A stretch of DNA of 32,000 bases, taken from Ignicoccus hospitalis KIN4/I (GTDB lineage: Archaea; Thermoproteota; Thermoprotei_A; Sulfolobales; Ignicoccaceae). This document shows, in pieces, positions 15,543 to 23,084 of the stretch. How positions within the stretch are numbered: the first letter of the stretch is position 1; every line of letters starts with the position of its first letter. The notes beneath the pieces are model-generated. The model was not told the DNA's origin, did not search any database, and worked only from the letters and a program-made list of their open reading frames with translations. The position numbers and the translations under genes were made by a program. The DNA lies in NCBI RefSeq assembly GCF_000017945.1, contig NC_009776.1, forward strand, positions 450,001 through 482,000. Direction: 5' to 3'.

Positions 15543-16709
15543 TTATCTCCTTTTTAAGAGAAGGGGCAGTTGGGAGTACATCCTCGCGAACTCCAACACG
15601 TCGCTAATCCTTACCTTCTCGTTGGGCTTGTGAGCCTCCGATATCTCTCCCGGCCCCCACGCGACGGCGTCGTAACCCTTGTAGTACCTTAAGTCCAACC
15701 CCCCTTCACAGACCTTGGGAGGGTGCCCCCAAGCCTCCCTTATCACTTCGGCCACCTCGCTCCCCTCGTTTATGAAAGGCTCCATCATTTCCAAAGCCTT
15801 GGCCTCGGCGTATTCCGGCAAGAGGGAGTAAACTTCCTCGGCCACGCGCTCCGCGCTCTCCTCCGGTATCACCCTTATGTCCACGCTAAATACAAACGAC
15901 CCCGGGATGACGTTGACTTTGTTCGAGGTGGAGTAGGCAACTCCTCCGACGCTCACAGTATTGAACTTGGCCAAGGGGTGCTCGGAGGTGTACTCGTACT
16001 TGCTGTACCTCTTGGAGAACCTCTCCACGAGCGCGTAGTAAAGGGCCGTTGCCACGTTAGAGGCCTTCAAGAAGGCGTTTTCCCCCATCCAAGGGGTGGA
16101 GGCGTGAGCTTGGGACCCCTTGACTTTGACCTCCAGCCAGACCGCGCCTTTGTGGCCTATCCACACGCTCTTGCTGCTAGGCTCCGCTATTACTACGTGC
16201 CTACCTATTGGGTACTTCTCCTTCAGTTTGCTCACCCTGTACCCGGTCCCGCACCTCCCCCCAACTTCCTCGTCCGGCACGAAGACCGCTTGCACCTTGT
16301 TACCCTTCCAGTTCGAGAGCTCCGCGAGGGAAGCAGCAACTGCCGCCACACCCCCCTTCATGTCCGTGGCCCCCCGTCCCACCAAGTACTCGCCCACCAC
16401 CTTGGGCTCGAAGGGGTTCCCCTCCCACCCGTCGCCGGGAGGGACCACGTCGTAATGGCCGTTGAACTCGAGTAAGGGCTCCCCCTCGCCCACCCAAGCG
16501 AAGAGCAAGGGCTTGGGGCCTTGGGGGCAGTGGGAGCTCCTATACTCGTCGTCCACGTACTCAACCTTAGCGCTGACTCCCCTCTCCTCCAGCCAGCCCT
16601 TGAGGAAGTGGACCAAGTCCTCGTACTGCTTGCCTTCGGGGGAGACGGTGTCGAAGGAGATGAGTTGGGAGAGGAGGTCCAAGACCTCTTGGGGGGACAA
16701 AGAGAACAC
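15543..16709 (-). CDS. M20-family metallopeptidase/deacylase (ArgE/DapE/LysK-like)
   Basis: GHYDVVPPG, GRGATDMKGG and EEVGG metal-ligand motifs. 388 aa, GTG start. Confidence 0.85.
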   Translation of the reverse strand: MFSLSPQEVLDLLSQLISFDTVSPEGKQYEDLVHFLKGWLEERGVSAKVEYVDDEYRSSHCPQGPKPLLFAWVGEGEPLLEFNGHYDVVPPGDGWEGNPFEPKVVGEYLVGRGATDMKGGVAAVAASLAELSNWKGNKVQAVFVPDEEVGGRCGTGYRVSKLKEKYPIGRHVVIAEPSSKSVWIGHKGAVWLEVKVKGSQAHASTPWMGENAFLKASNVATALYYALVERFSKRYSKYEYTSEHPLAKFNTVSVGGVAYSTSNKVNVIPGSFVFSVDIRVIPEESAERVAEEVYSLLPEYAEAKALEMMEPFINEGSEVAEVIREAWGHPPKVCEGGLDLRYYKGYDAVAWGPGEISEAHKPNEKVRISDVLEFARMYSQLPLLLKRR

Positions 16710-16734
16710 CTTGTGCGGGGGCGCCCGAAGGTTA

Positions 16735-16998
16735 TTAATGCCTCAACAAACCTTTGCTCAACATCTCGTCGATCAAGGGCAATATTAAGCTCTCTACCTC
16801 TTCTCTCCTCATCCCGCTGAGGGCCACCGCTTGGGCTATCACCTCCTCCGGCGTGGAGCCCTCTAGGAAGCTCTGCCACACTAAGTAGGCCCCGTAACCC
16901 ATCAAGAACTTCTTCCCGTTGGCCTCCACGACCACCCCGTCCCTCCTCCGCAATATTACCCTCCCGCTCGCTATCATTTTGTCCCCAGTTCTTCGCAT
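16735..16998 (-). CDS. PqqD-like / RiPP-recognition-element-like small protein (87 aa)
   Basis: FLMGYGAYLVWQSFLEGSTPEEVIAQAVALSGMRREEVESLILPLIDEMLSKGLL fits the PqqD winged-helix pattern: beta hairpin, then iW..l.G.t.eEi, then helix ending gLl. Only the last 87 codons of the 208-aa track ORF look real. Candidate starts are ATG 16998 or 16977. Confidence 0.55.
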   Translation of the reverse strand: MRRTGDKMIASGRVILRRRDGVVVEANGKKFLMGYGAYLVWQSFLEGSTPEEVIAQAVALSGMRREEVESLILPLIDEMLSKGLLRH

Positions 16999-17034
16999 TT
17001 TGAGAAGCTTAAAACGCTCTCCCTGCAGGATGCG

Positions 17035-17050
17035 TAATTTTAAAATATTA
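17035..17050 (-). promoter_or_regulatory. AT-rich near-palindromic element, likely TATA box for 16735..16998
   Basis: TAATTTTAAAATATTA overlaps the stop codon of the upstream gene and is centred about 44 nt upstream of ATG 16998. It stands out in an otherwise GC-rich context. Confidence 0.35.
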
Positions 17051-17537
17051 CGGACTTTCCGAGAGCCGCCTCCACGGGTAAGGCCATCTCCCCGTCCGAC
17101 GCCCTCACGTAGTAGCACTCCTTCCTCAGACACTTGTAGGCCGTCAACGCACAGAGCGCTGCGTCCAAGAGGTCCCCCTCGAAGGGGAGGCCCACGAGCT
17201 TCCTCAAGGGGGCCGGGAAAGTTTCTATTACCTTTATTCCCCTCCCAACTAGTTCTTCCCTCAACCTCTTGCCCTCCTCCGCCAAGGCCCTCATGCCCCT
17301 CCAGCCGGGTGGCAACACCTTGAGCCCCGCCTTGCGGGCGACCAAGTCCACCTCCCTCCAAGTCCCCTCTGGGACCTCTAAGGGCGCGTCCACCGCGACG
17401 AGCTCCGGCCGGAGGGCTCCGAGCGTCGGCGCGAGCGCCTCGTTGTCCAAGAACTTAGTCCAGAAGTTGGATCCGTCAAAGATAGCTAAGGCAGAGGGCC
17501 TCTTAACCGCCAAGTCCACGCCGGCCGCCAGAACCAA
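17040..17537 (-). CDS. DUF429-like / RNase H-fold predicted nuclease
   Basis: N-terminal AAGVDLA (RuvC/YqgF-like GxD start), VAVDAPLEVPEG..REVDLVARKAG pattern as in DUF429 proteins. 165 aa with normal composition. Confidence 0.5.
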   Translation of the reverse strand: MVLAAGVDLAVKRPSALAIFDGSNFWTKFLDNEALAPTLGALRPELVAVDAPLEVPEGTWREVDLVARKAGLKVLPPGWRGMRALAEEGKRLREELVGRGIKVIETFPAPLRKLVGLPFEGDLLDAALCALTAYKCLRKECYYVRASDGEMALPVEAALGKSVIF

Positions 17538-17574
17538 TTAGCTTGCCCGGAGCCCCACGGGGGGTAAGGAGGAA

Positions 17575-18054
17575 ATGAGCGTCCGTTCGGAGGCTCTGAA
17601 GCTAGTGGCAGACGCTTGTGAGGACTTCATACTAAACGTCCTCCCGGAGAGGGTGGACGAGGACAAGGCCTTCGAGCTGGCGAAGGCATTCTCTTCAGAG
17701 GCCTTGGCTGATAAAGTCTTGGAGGTGGTGGGCAACGTCCCTCCGGAGAAGCTCGTGAAGGCGTACTTCAACCTGTTCGAGATAATAGGAAAGGCTTACA
17801 CGTACGAAATCAAGAGCACGAAGCCGTTGGTCGTAGAGATAAGGAACTGTCCCCAGAGGAGGAAGGTAAGGGGAAGGGGCTCTTGCGCGGCCTGTCTGGG
17901 CTTGGTGGCAGGGGTGCTGGAGAGGGCCTACGGGAGCGCCGCCGTTGAGGCCTTCGGCAAGAGGTGGGGCCCTCCCGACGCGGCGGTGGTGATAAAGAAG
18001 GAGGGGGAGCCCGGGAACTGCGTGTGGAGGATAGAAGAACGCAACCAGCGGTGA
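17575..18054 (+). CDS. V4R-domain-like small-molecule-binding protein (tentative)
   Basis: EIRNCPQRRK....GSCAACLGLVAGVLERAYG resembles the Cys-containing core of 4-vinyl-reductase domains. ATG preceded by GGAGGA. 159 aa. Confidence 0.45.
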   Translation: MSVRSEALKLVADACEDFILNVLPERVDEDKAFELAKAFSSEALADKVLEVVGNVPPEKLVKAYFNLFEIIGKAYTYEIKSTKPLVVEIRNCPQRRKVRGRGSCAACLGLVAGVLERAYGSAAVEAFGKRWGPPDAAVVIKKEGEPGNCVWRIEERNQR

Positions 18055-18179
18055 CCGGCGGGGCTCGAGCTCTGAGATCCCGAGAGGAACTGGTTTTGAG
18101 AGGTAGCCCAAGCCCGCGAGGGCCAAGGGCACGAAGGTGGGAGCCCAGGGGCCCGCCCCGTCTGCGGGGCTTCCGCGTG

Positions 18180-18256
18180 TGGCGGGCCCGCCGGGATTTG
18201 AACCCGGGACCACCGGGTTAAAAGCCCGGCGCTCTTCCTGGCTGAGCTACGGGCCC
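18180..18256 (-). tRNA. tRNA-Lys (anticodon UUU), CCA encoded, no intron
   Basis: The reverse complement folds by hand as GGGCCCG-TA-GCTC-AGCCAGGAA-GAGC-G-CCGGG-CTTTTAA-CCCGG-TGGTC-CCGGG-TTCAAAT-CCCGG-CGGGCCC-G-CCA. All four stems are perfect Watson-Crick. 77 nt. Confidence 0.92.
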
Positions 18257-18314
18257 GGGCGTGGGGCCCTAAAAGAGGTTTTAGAGTTTTCCGCGAGGGC
18301 CTCGGGGCGAAGGC

Positions 18315-19103
18315 TTGAGGATTCTCCACGTAAGCGACCTCCACGGCTCCGTGAAAGCGTTCGAGCTGACTAAGGAGCTATACTTCAAGCTCGGGGCGGA
18401 CTTACTAGTGGTTTCCGGTGACTTGACGGGGAAGTGCGTTTCCAACGGCAAGGTAACCAAGTGCGTGTGGGGGAGGTTTAAGGACCCGCAGAGGATGGGC
18501 AGGGAACTGTTCTTGGCCTCCGGAGGTTACTTCGTAGAAGCTTCGGATACGGAGGTGGAGAGGAACGCCCCGGGACTCTTGGCGAGGGCGGCCGCGAGGA
18601 GGGTTAAGGAGTGGCTGGAAGGGCTAAAGGATTCGGGAGTGAAGTACTTCGTCATAGCGGGCAACGTGGACCACCCGTACATGGACGAGGTCTTGGAGGG
18701 TGACGAGGCCACGTTCTTCGGGCTCAAGTTCTGTGGGCTCTCATACGTGCCCTACACGCCCTTCGGGACCTACAGGGAGACGTCGGAGGAGAGGATAAGG
18801 GAGATGTTGCCAAAGGAGAGGTGCGATGTCTTAGTTTCCCACAGCCCCCCGAAGGGCTTCTTGGACTACAGCAACTACCGCGAGGGGGGCCACGTGGGCT
18901 CTGAGGCGGTGAGGGAATGGATCGAAAAGTATCAACCGACCTTAAGCTTACACGGCCACGTCCACGAGTCCCGGGGGACCGCCAGGCTGGGCAAGACGCT
19001 GGCAGTAAACCCCGGCTCTGAAGCGGAGCACGGCGCCTTGCTCTACGCGGTCATAGACTTGGACGGCGAGCCCGTCGCCTCCTTGGGAGAGGTGCGTTAC
19101 TAA
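18315..19103 (+). CDS. calcineurin-like metallophosphoesterase
   Basis: Ordered motifs VSDLHG, SGDLTGK, AGNVDH, SHSPP and HGHVHES. TTG start. About 65-aa insertion between motifs II and III. Confidence 0.85.
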   Translation: MRILHVSDLHGSVKAFELTKELYFKLGADLLVVSGDLTGKCVSNGKVTKCVWGRFKDPQRMGRELFLASGGYFVEASDTEVERNAPGLLARAAARRVKEWLEGLKDSGVKYFVIAGNVDHPYMDEVLEGDEATFFGLKFCGLSYVPYTPFGTYRETSEERIREMLPKERCDVLVSHSPPKGFLDYSNYREGGHVGSEAVREWIEKYQPTLSLHGHVHESRGTARLGKTLAVNPGSEAEHGALLYAVIDLDGEPVASLGEVRY

Positions 19104-19133
19104 AATCCCTCTCCGGCCCCTCCCGGCCCAGCC

Positions 19134-20135
19134 ATGGCGAACGCCCTACTGCTCGCGCTGAGGTCGCTCTGGCTGGGCGAGGAGCCCCCGTACGAGGAGG
19201 TCTTGGGGAGGGAGGGGGACGAGCGGGAAGTGAGGGAGCTGCTCTCTGGCTTGTGGGTAAAGTGCTACCCTCAAGGCGACAAGAGGCTGTGCGTCTACTC
19301 CTACAAGAGGCCTCCCAAGGATCCGGTGCCGCTCTTGCTGGACGCGCGGGGCACGGTGATAGAGTGGAGCAAGGACGGCCCGGAGCTGGTGGCCTACCCC
19401 TTTCACAAGTTCTTTAACTTGGGCGAGGCGGAGTTCCCGGAGAGGCCGCTCCTAGCGTACGAAAAGCTGGACGGCACCATGGTCTCCTTGTTCCTCTACG
19501 ACGGGGAGGTCAGGGCCGCGACGAGGAAAAAGCTGGACGTGGATTCTCCCTTCGCCAAAAAGGCGTTGGAGCTCTTCGAGGGCGAGCTGGGGGACGAGAC
19601 CAGGGTGTTCGAGCTGCTGGGCCCGGGGTCCGGGAGCCCCTGGGTCGGGGGCACCCAAGAGCTCTTGAGGGCCGGCGAGTGGTCCTTGGTCCCCTTGGCG
19701 TATAGGGACATGAAGACCTTGAAGTTGTATCCGTTGGAAGGTCCCACTAGGGTCGAGGTGGAAGACTTGGAAGACGCGAAGAGGAAGGCAGAAGGCTTCG
19801 GGGAGGGCTTGGTGTTGTGGTTCGAAGTGGGAAGCCAGAGGCCCTTGATGGCGAAGGTGAAGTCAGTTAAGTACAAGCGCTTGGTAGACCTCTTGAAGCT
19901 CGGGTGGGAAGGGCTGGCCAAGATAATACTGATGAACGCGTTGGACGACGCGGCCAGGATGTTGGACAATGAGGTATACTCCAAGGCAAAGGCTGTGGAG
20001 GGTATGCTGGACGAGATAGAGAGGGCCGTCTTGAGGGGGGAGTTCCCCCACGAGAGGGTTAGGGAGTGGCTCCCCATAGACCCCTCGAGGGCCCTAGAGG
20101 AGGCAGTGAGAGTTTGTCTGGAAGAAGGTTGTTGA
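19134..20135 (+). CDS. ATP-dependent RNA ligase, T4 RnlA (Rnl1)/Trl1-like nucleotidyltransferase
   Basis: ARGTVIE...HKFFNLGE followed by motif I EKLDGT (Lys111), motif III-like VFELLGP, motif IV GEGLVLWFE and motif V AKVKSVKY. Order and spacing parallel what I recall of phage T4 RnlA (CRGIMFE...EKFFNLNE...TKEDGSL...EGYVAV...FKIKSDWY). Confidence 0.7.
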   Translation: MANALLLALRSLWLGEEPPYEEVLGREGDEREVRELLSGLWVKCYPQGDKRLCVYSYKRPPKDPVPLLLDARGTVIEWSKDGPELVAYPFHKFFNLGEAEFPERPLLAYEKLDGTMVSLFLYDGEVRAATRKKLDVDSPFAKKALELFEGELGDETRVFELLGPGSGSPWVGGTQELLRAGEWSLVPLAYRDMKTLKLYPLEGPTRVEVEDLEDAKRKAEGFGEGLVLWFEVGSQRPLMAKVKSVKYKRLVDLLKLGWEGLAKIILMNALDDAARMLDNEVYSKAKAVEGMLDEIERAVLRGEFPHERVREWLPIDPSRALEEAVRVCLEEGC

Positions 20136-20512
20136 AGACCTTGTTCGTCGTAACTTGTAAGCCCGGGAAGGAGTTGCGCGCTGCGGAGGAGGTTATGGAC
20201 TTGTTGCTTTATTGCGACGAGGGGGCCTTGGCGGTTCCGACCGCTAAGGGGCTGGCATTGGGTACCACCTCCTTAGGACCCGAGGAGGCCGCTAAGTGCT
20301 TGGAAGGCAAGGTATCTGCATATATAAACTGGATATACTTTGGCGACGAGTTGTGCGAGAAGTGTAAGGCGTTGAAGAAACAATGCCTAGAGGAAGTGGA
20401 GGAGGGCTTTGAAGCCTTTTGCACGGGGAGGGCGATCGTGAAGATCAAAAAGGCTTTGAGGGCGAAAAGGGGAGTGTTGGTTAGTGTTCCTCTTCGCCGT
20501 AATGAGCGATAA
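20132..20512 (+). CDS. small protein, possible NFLD/THUMP-like RNA-binding fold (tentative)
   Basis: TTG 20132 overlaps the ligase stop (TTGA). MKTLFVVTCKPGKELRAAEEVMDLL resembles the N-terminal ferredoxin-like module that precedes THUMP domains. The track ORF start at 20066 lies inside the ligase gene and is unlikely. Confidence 0.4.
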   Translation: MKTLFVVTCKPGKELRAAEEVMDLLLYCDEGALAVPTAKGLALGTTSLGPEEAAKCLEGKVSAYINWIYFGDELCEKCKALKKQCLEEVEEGFEAFCTGRAIVKIKKALRAKRGVLVSVPLRRNER

Positions 20513-21911
20513 CAGCTCTTATGACCGGTCTCGCCAACAGCATGTAAACCATCATGCCCGCCGCGTGGGCCGCAACGGTCAAGGCCCACTCCATGGGGGT
20601 CGGGTAGTAGATCGCCAGCTTGCCCAGCACGTCCGGGGTGTAGCCCGGTATGACTATCGGCAGAGTCTTCTCACCTACCACCGCCAGTATTATCAAGGCG
20701 CTCAAGAAGACTACGCCCTTGCGCGTCTTCCTCAGCCTCGGCACGAATATGGTTAGTATTACGGCCAGCGAGCCGACGACTATCCAGAAGAAGTTCATTA
20801 GGGCCAAGTACTCCATGCCGGGGTAGCCCCAGCTGCAGCCGTTGAAGTTGGTGCCGCTGAAGAACACCGCGAAGTCCTTGAGTATCGGCTTCATTAGCGC
20901 GCAGAACGGCATGACGGCGAAGTTGAATATTCCTATCGCTTGGGCCCTCTTGTGGGGCTCAGTAGTGTACCAGAACAGCTCTTGGGCCTCCGACAAGGTG
21001 AAGTAGAGGCCGACGATCATGGCGGCGGTGGCCGCTATCAAAGTCTTTTCGTATACGTAGTTGGGAACCTTGAACTTCTTGTAGAACTTCTCGGCTATCA
21101 CAGATACTATTAATAACATTGCCGGACCGGCCGCTAAGGCAGTCGCCACGTAGCGCGGGGCCAGCAGAGGGGCGTTCCATATAGGCCTCGCCGTCAGGGG
21201 CTGGCTTATGAATCCCGTTACCGTGTGTATACCTATGGCCAGCGGCGCCGCGATAAGCATGAATAGGTACATGAGCCACTTAGGCGGGGCGTACTTGGGC
21301 CCCCTGCGGTACCAGTGAACCGCTATCAGTATCCCTATCAAGTTGACCACGAGGTACCCATTGAGCACCGTGAAGTCGTAGTCGAATATCGACTGCGGGT
21401 TGGGGAACTGGAGCTGGGCTACTATTGGTAGCGCCAGCAGCTGTATGGTCCTTATGGGCCGGCCGACGTCAACCAGCACGAGTAGTAGCGCCACTATAAG
21501 CGCCGCGACCGCTTGGACCTCCGCTAAGGGGGCAAGCCTCATGAACCCTTTGTCCCTGAAGACGTACGCTGCAACTCCGAACAGCACTCCCGCAGCTGCT
21601 ACTCCGACCCAGAAGACGAAGAACGAGATGTAGAGGCCCCACGCGACCCAGTCGTCCAACGCGGTGTAGACCATGCCTCCCCTATGCTCGCTAATGCCGA
21701 GCTGTTCCAACAGCTTGGGGTCCATGCCTAGGTGGTAGACCAGCTGGGTGTATATCGCTGGGCCCGCTTGTACGCCGGCCCAGAGACCCAAGCCGAAGGC
21801 GGTCAGACCGGCCATGGCGAATATCCACGTCCAGCCCCTCCAGTCGCCCTTGAACATGTGCTTTATTATGTACCATATGGTCACAAGAAACTCTACCACT
21901 GGGTTGCTCAC
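20481..21911 (-). CDS. NrfD/PsrC-type integral membrane quinone-interacting subunit
   Basis: 476 aa, at least 10 hydrophobic helices, W/Y/F-rich. Immediately downstream of a Tat-dependent 4-cluster FeS protein, the canonical arrangement of PsrBC, NrfCD, DsrOP and ActBC modules. Confidence 0.8.
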   Translation of the reverse strand: MSNPVVEFLVTIWYIIKHMFKGDWRGWTWIFAMAGLTAFGLGLWAGVQAGPAIYTQLVYHLGMDPKLLEQLGISEHRGGMVYTALDDWVAWGLYISFFVFWVGVAAAGVLFGVAAYVFRDKGFMRLAPLAEVQAVAALIVALLLVLVDVGRPIRTIQLLALPIVAQLQFPNPQSIFDYDFTVLNGYLVVNLIGILIAVHWYRRGPKYAPPKWLMYLFMLIAAPLAIGIHTVTGFISQPLTARPIWNAPLLAPRYVATALAAGPAMLLIVSVIAEKFYKKFKVPNYVYEKTLIAATAAMIVGLYFTLSEAQELFWYTTEPHKRAQAIGIFNFAVMPFCALMKPILKDFAVFFSGTNFNGCSWGYPGMEYLALMNFFWIVVGSLAVILTIFVPRLRKTRKGVVFLSALIILAVVGEKTLPIVIPGYTPDVLGKLAIYYPTPMEWALTVAAHAAGMMVYMLLARPVIRAVIAHYGEEEH

Positions 21912-21936
21912 TGCCCCTCACCTCCTCCGTCGCTCC

Positions 21937-23061
21937 TCAGTCGTGACCCCTCTCCTCTGCTTTTTCTCTACTTCCGTGGTGAGTCCCTTCGCCGTGCTTC
22001 GGGGTGCCCAGCCAGTTGCCGGACTTGGGGTTCTCGGAGTCCAGCGGAGGGGTCCTAGCGGGGCCGAAGTAGTAGAAGAACCTCGGCTTAGTGCCGGCGT
22101 AGGGCTTGAGGACGAACACCCCGTACTCCTTTATTATTCTCTGTATGGGCCCTTCCTCGTCGTGGAGGTTGCCGAAGGCCCTCGAGCCCACCGGACATAT
22201 CTCCACACAAGCCGTGGTCCCCCCGTCCCTGGTCCTCTGTATACACCAAGTACACTTCTCTACGGTATGCACCTCCCTGGGGACGTTCCCGAACACGTGC
22301 ATGTTGGGGTTGAGCGTCAGCGCGTCCACGGTGACTGGCTTCCAGTTCATGTGCCTAGCTCCGTAAGGACAAGCGGTTATGCAGTACCTACAGCCTATGC
22401 ACCGGTAGCTGTCCACGACGACTATCCCGTCGGCCTCTTGCCAAGTGGCCCTAACCGGACAAACCATAGTGCACGGCGGGTACTCGCACTGGTTGCACGC
22501 GACCGGTATGTAGACCCTATCCTTGTAAGGGGCCTCCTTGTAGTCTAGGTCTACTCCGAGCAGCTCGAGCTCCTCCCTGTTCACGTTGACTACCTTTATC
22601 CACTCTATGCCTTGGGTGCGGTCCACGTTGTTCTCTTGTACACAAGCGTAGGCGCACCTCCTACAGCCTATACACTTGTTCAAGTCCAGTGCCATGGCCC
22701 AGCGGACTCCCTTCTTAGCCAAGGTCCACTTTACCTTGATCTCCTCGCAGTGCTTCCTCGCCAGCCTACACTCCGGGCTGTTCTCGCCCAGCCTCTGGCA
22801 TATGGAGTTGGCGCTCTCCATGCACTTCTTCTTAGCCATCTCCTCCTTCTTCTTCGCTAGCTCTTTGATCTCTTCTGGGGTCTTATAGGGGCTGTACTCG
22901 CTTATTACGTACTCCCCCTCCTCGTACACGTAGCCCAGCAGCTCTTCGTCGCTGAGCTTGTGTAGGACCTTACCTACTTCGTCTCTGCTGACGGTCATCA
23001 AGCCTACCGCGCCGGCCGCGGCTATCCCCTTGAGCAAATTCCTACGGGTCTGGTTAGCCAT
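21937..23061 (-). CDS. Tat-exported four-cluster [4Fe-4S] ferredoxin subunit (NrfC/PsrB/DmsB/DsrO type)
   Basis: Twin-arginine signal MANQTRRNLLKGIAAAGAVG. Four cluster motifs: CIGCRRCAYAC, CNQCEYPPCTMVCP, CIGCRYCITACP and CTWC...CVEICP. About 100-aa extra N-terminal region carrying two further Cys pairs. Confidence 0.9.
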   Translation of the reverse strand: MANQTRRNLLKGIAAAGAVGLMTVSRDEVGKVLHKLSDEELLGYVYEEGEYVISEYSPYKTPEEIKELAKKKEEMAKKKCMESANSICQRLGENSPECRLARKHCEEIKVKWTLAKKGVRWAMALDLNKCIGCRRCAYACVQENNVDRTQGIEWIKVVNVNREELELLGVDLDYKEAPYKDRVYIPVACNQCEYPPCTMVCPVRATWQEADGIVVVDSYRCIGCRYCITACPYGARHMNWKPVTVDALTLNPNMHVFGNVPREVHTVEKCTWCIQRTRDGGTTACVEICPVGSRAFGNLHDEEGPIQRIIKEYGVFVLKPYAGTKPRFFYYFGPARTPPLDSENPKSGNWLGTPKHGEGTHHGSREKAEERGHD

Positions 23062-23084
23062 GGTCCCACCACCCCCACTTCGCG

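Noticed and set aside
15723-16475. 250-aa plus-strand ORF inside the M20 peptidase gene, with other short ORFs at 16120-16879
   Set aside because: These are antisense or alternate frames of a gene with clear M20 motifs, with P/R/G/H-rich composition.
16999-17361. N-terminal 120 codons of the 208-aa track ORF 16735..17361
   Set aside because: This part is G/R/E-rich low-complexity sequence overlapping, in another frame, the well-formed DUF429-like ORF 17040..17537. Only the last 87 codons (the PqqD-like part) look genuine.
18055-18179. 125-nt gap downstream of tRNA-Lys, examined for a second RNA gene (tRNA half, C/D-box sRNA) or an integration scar
   Set aside because: I found only a 5-bp GC hairpin (GCCCC-GTCTGC-GGGGC, about 18153-18168). 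There is no cloverleaf, no C box (RUGAUGA) paired with the single CTGA, and no repeat of the tRNA 3' half that I could spot elsewhere in the window. No integrase is nearby. A computational scan could still find something.
20066-20131. Longer start (ATG 20066) for the small ORF downstream of the RNA ligase
   Set aside because: These 22 codons lie entirely within the ligase coding region in another frame and encode P/R/G-rich sequence. TTG 20132 gives a typical MKTLFVV... start with a 4-nt stop/start overlap.
21748-22548. 266-aa plus-strand ORF opposite the FeS-subunit gene, and the 108-aa ORF at 21732
   Set aside because: The minus strand encodes an unmistakable four-cluster ferredoxin with a Tat signal. 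The plus-strand product is P/R/V/H-rich shadow sequence.
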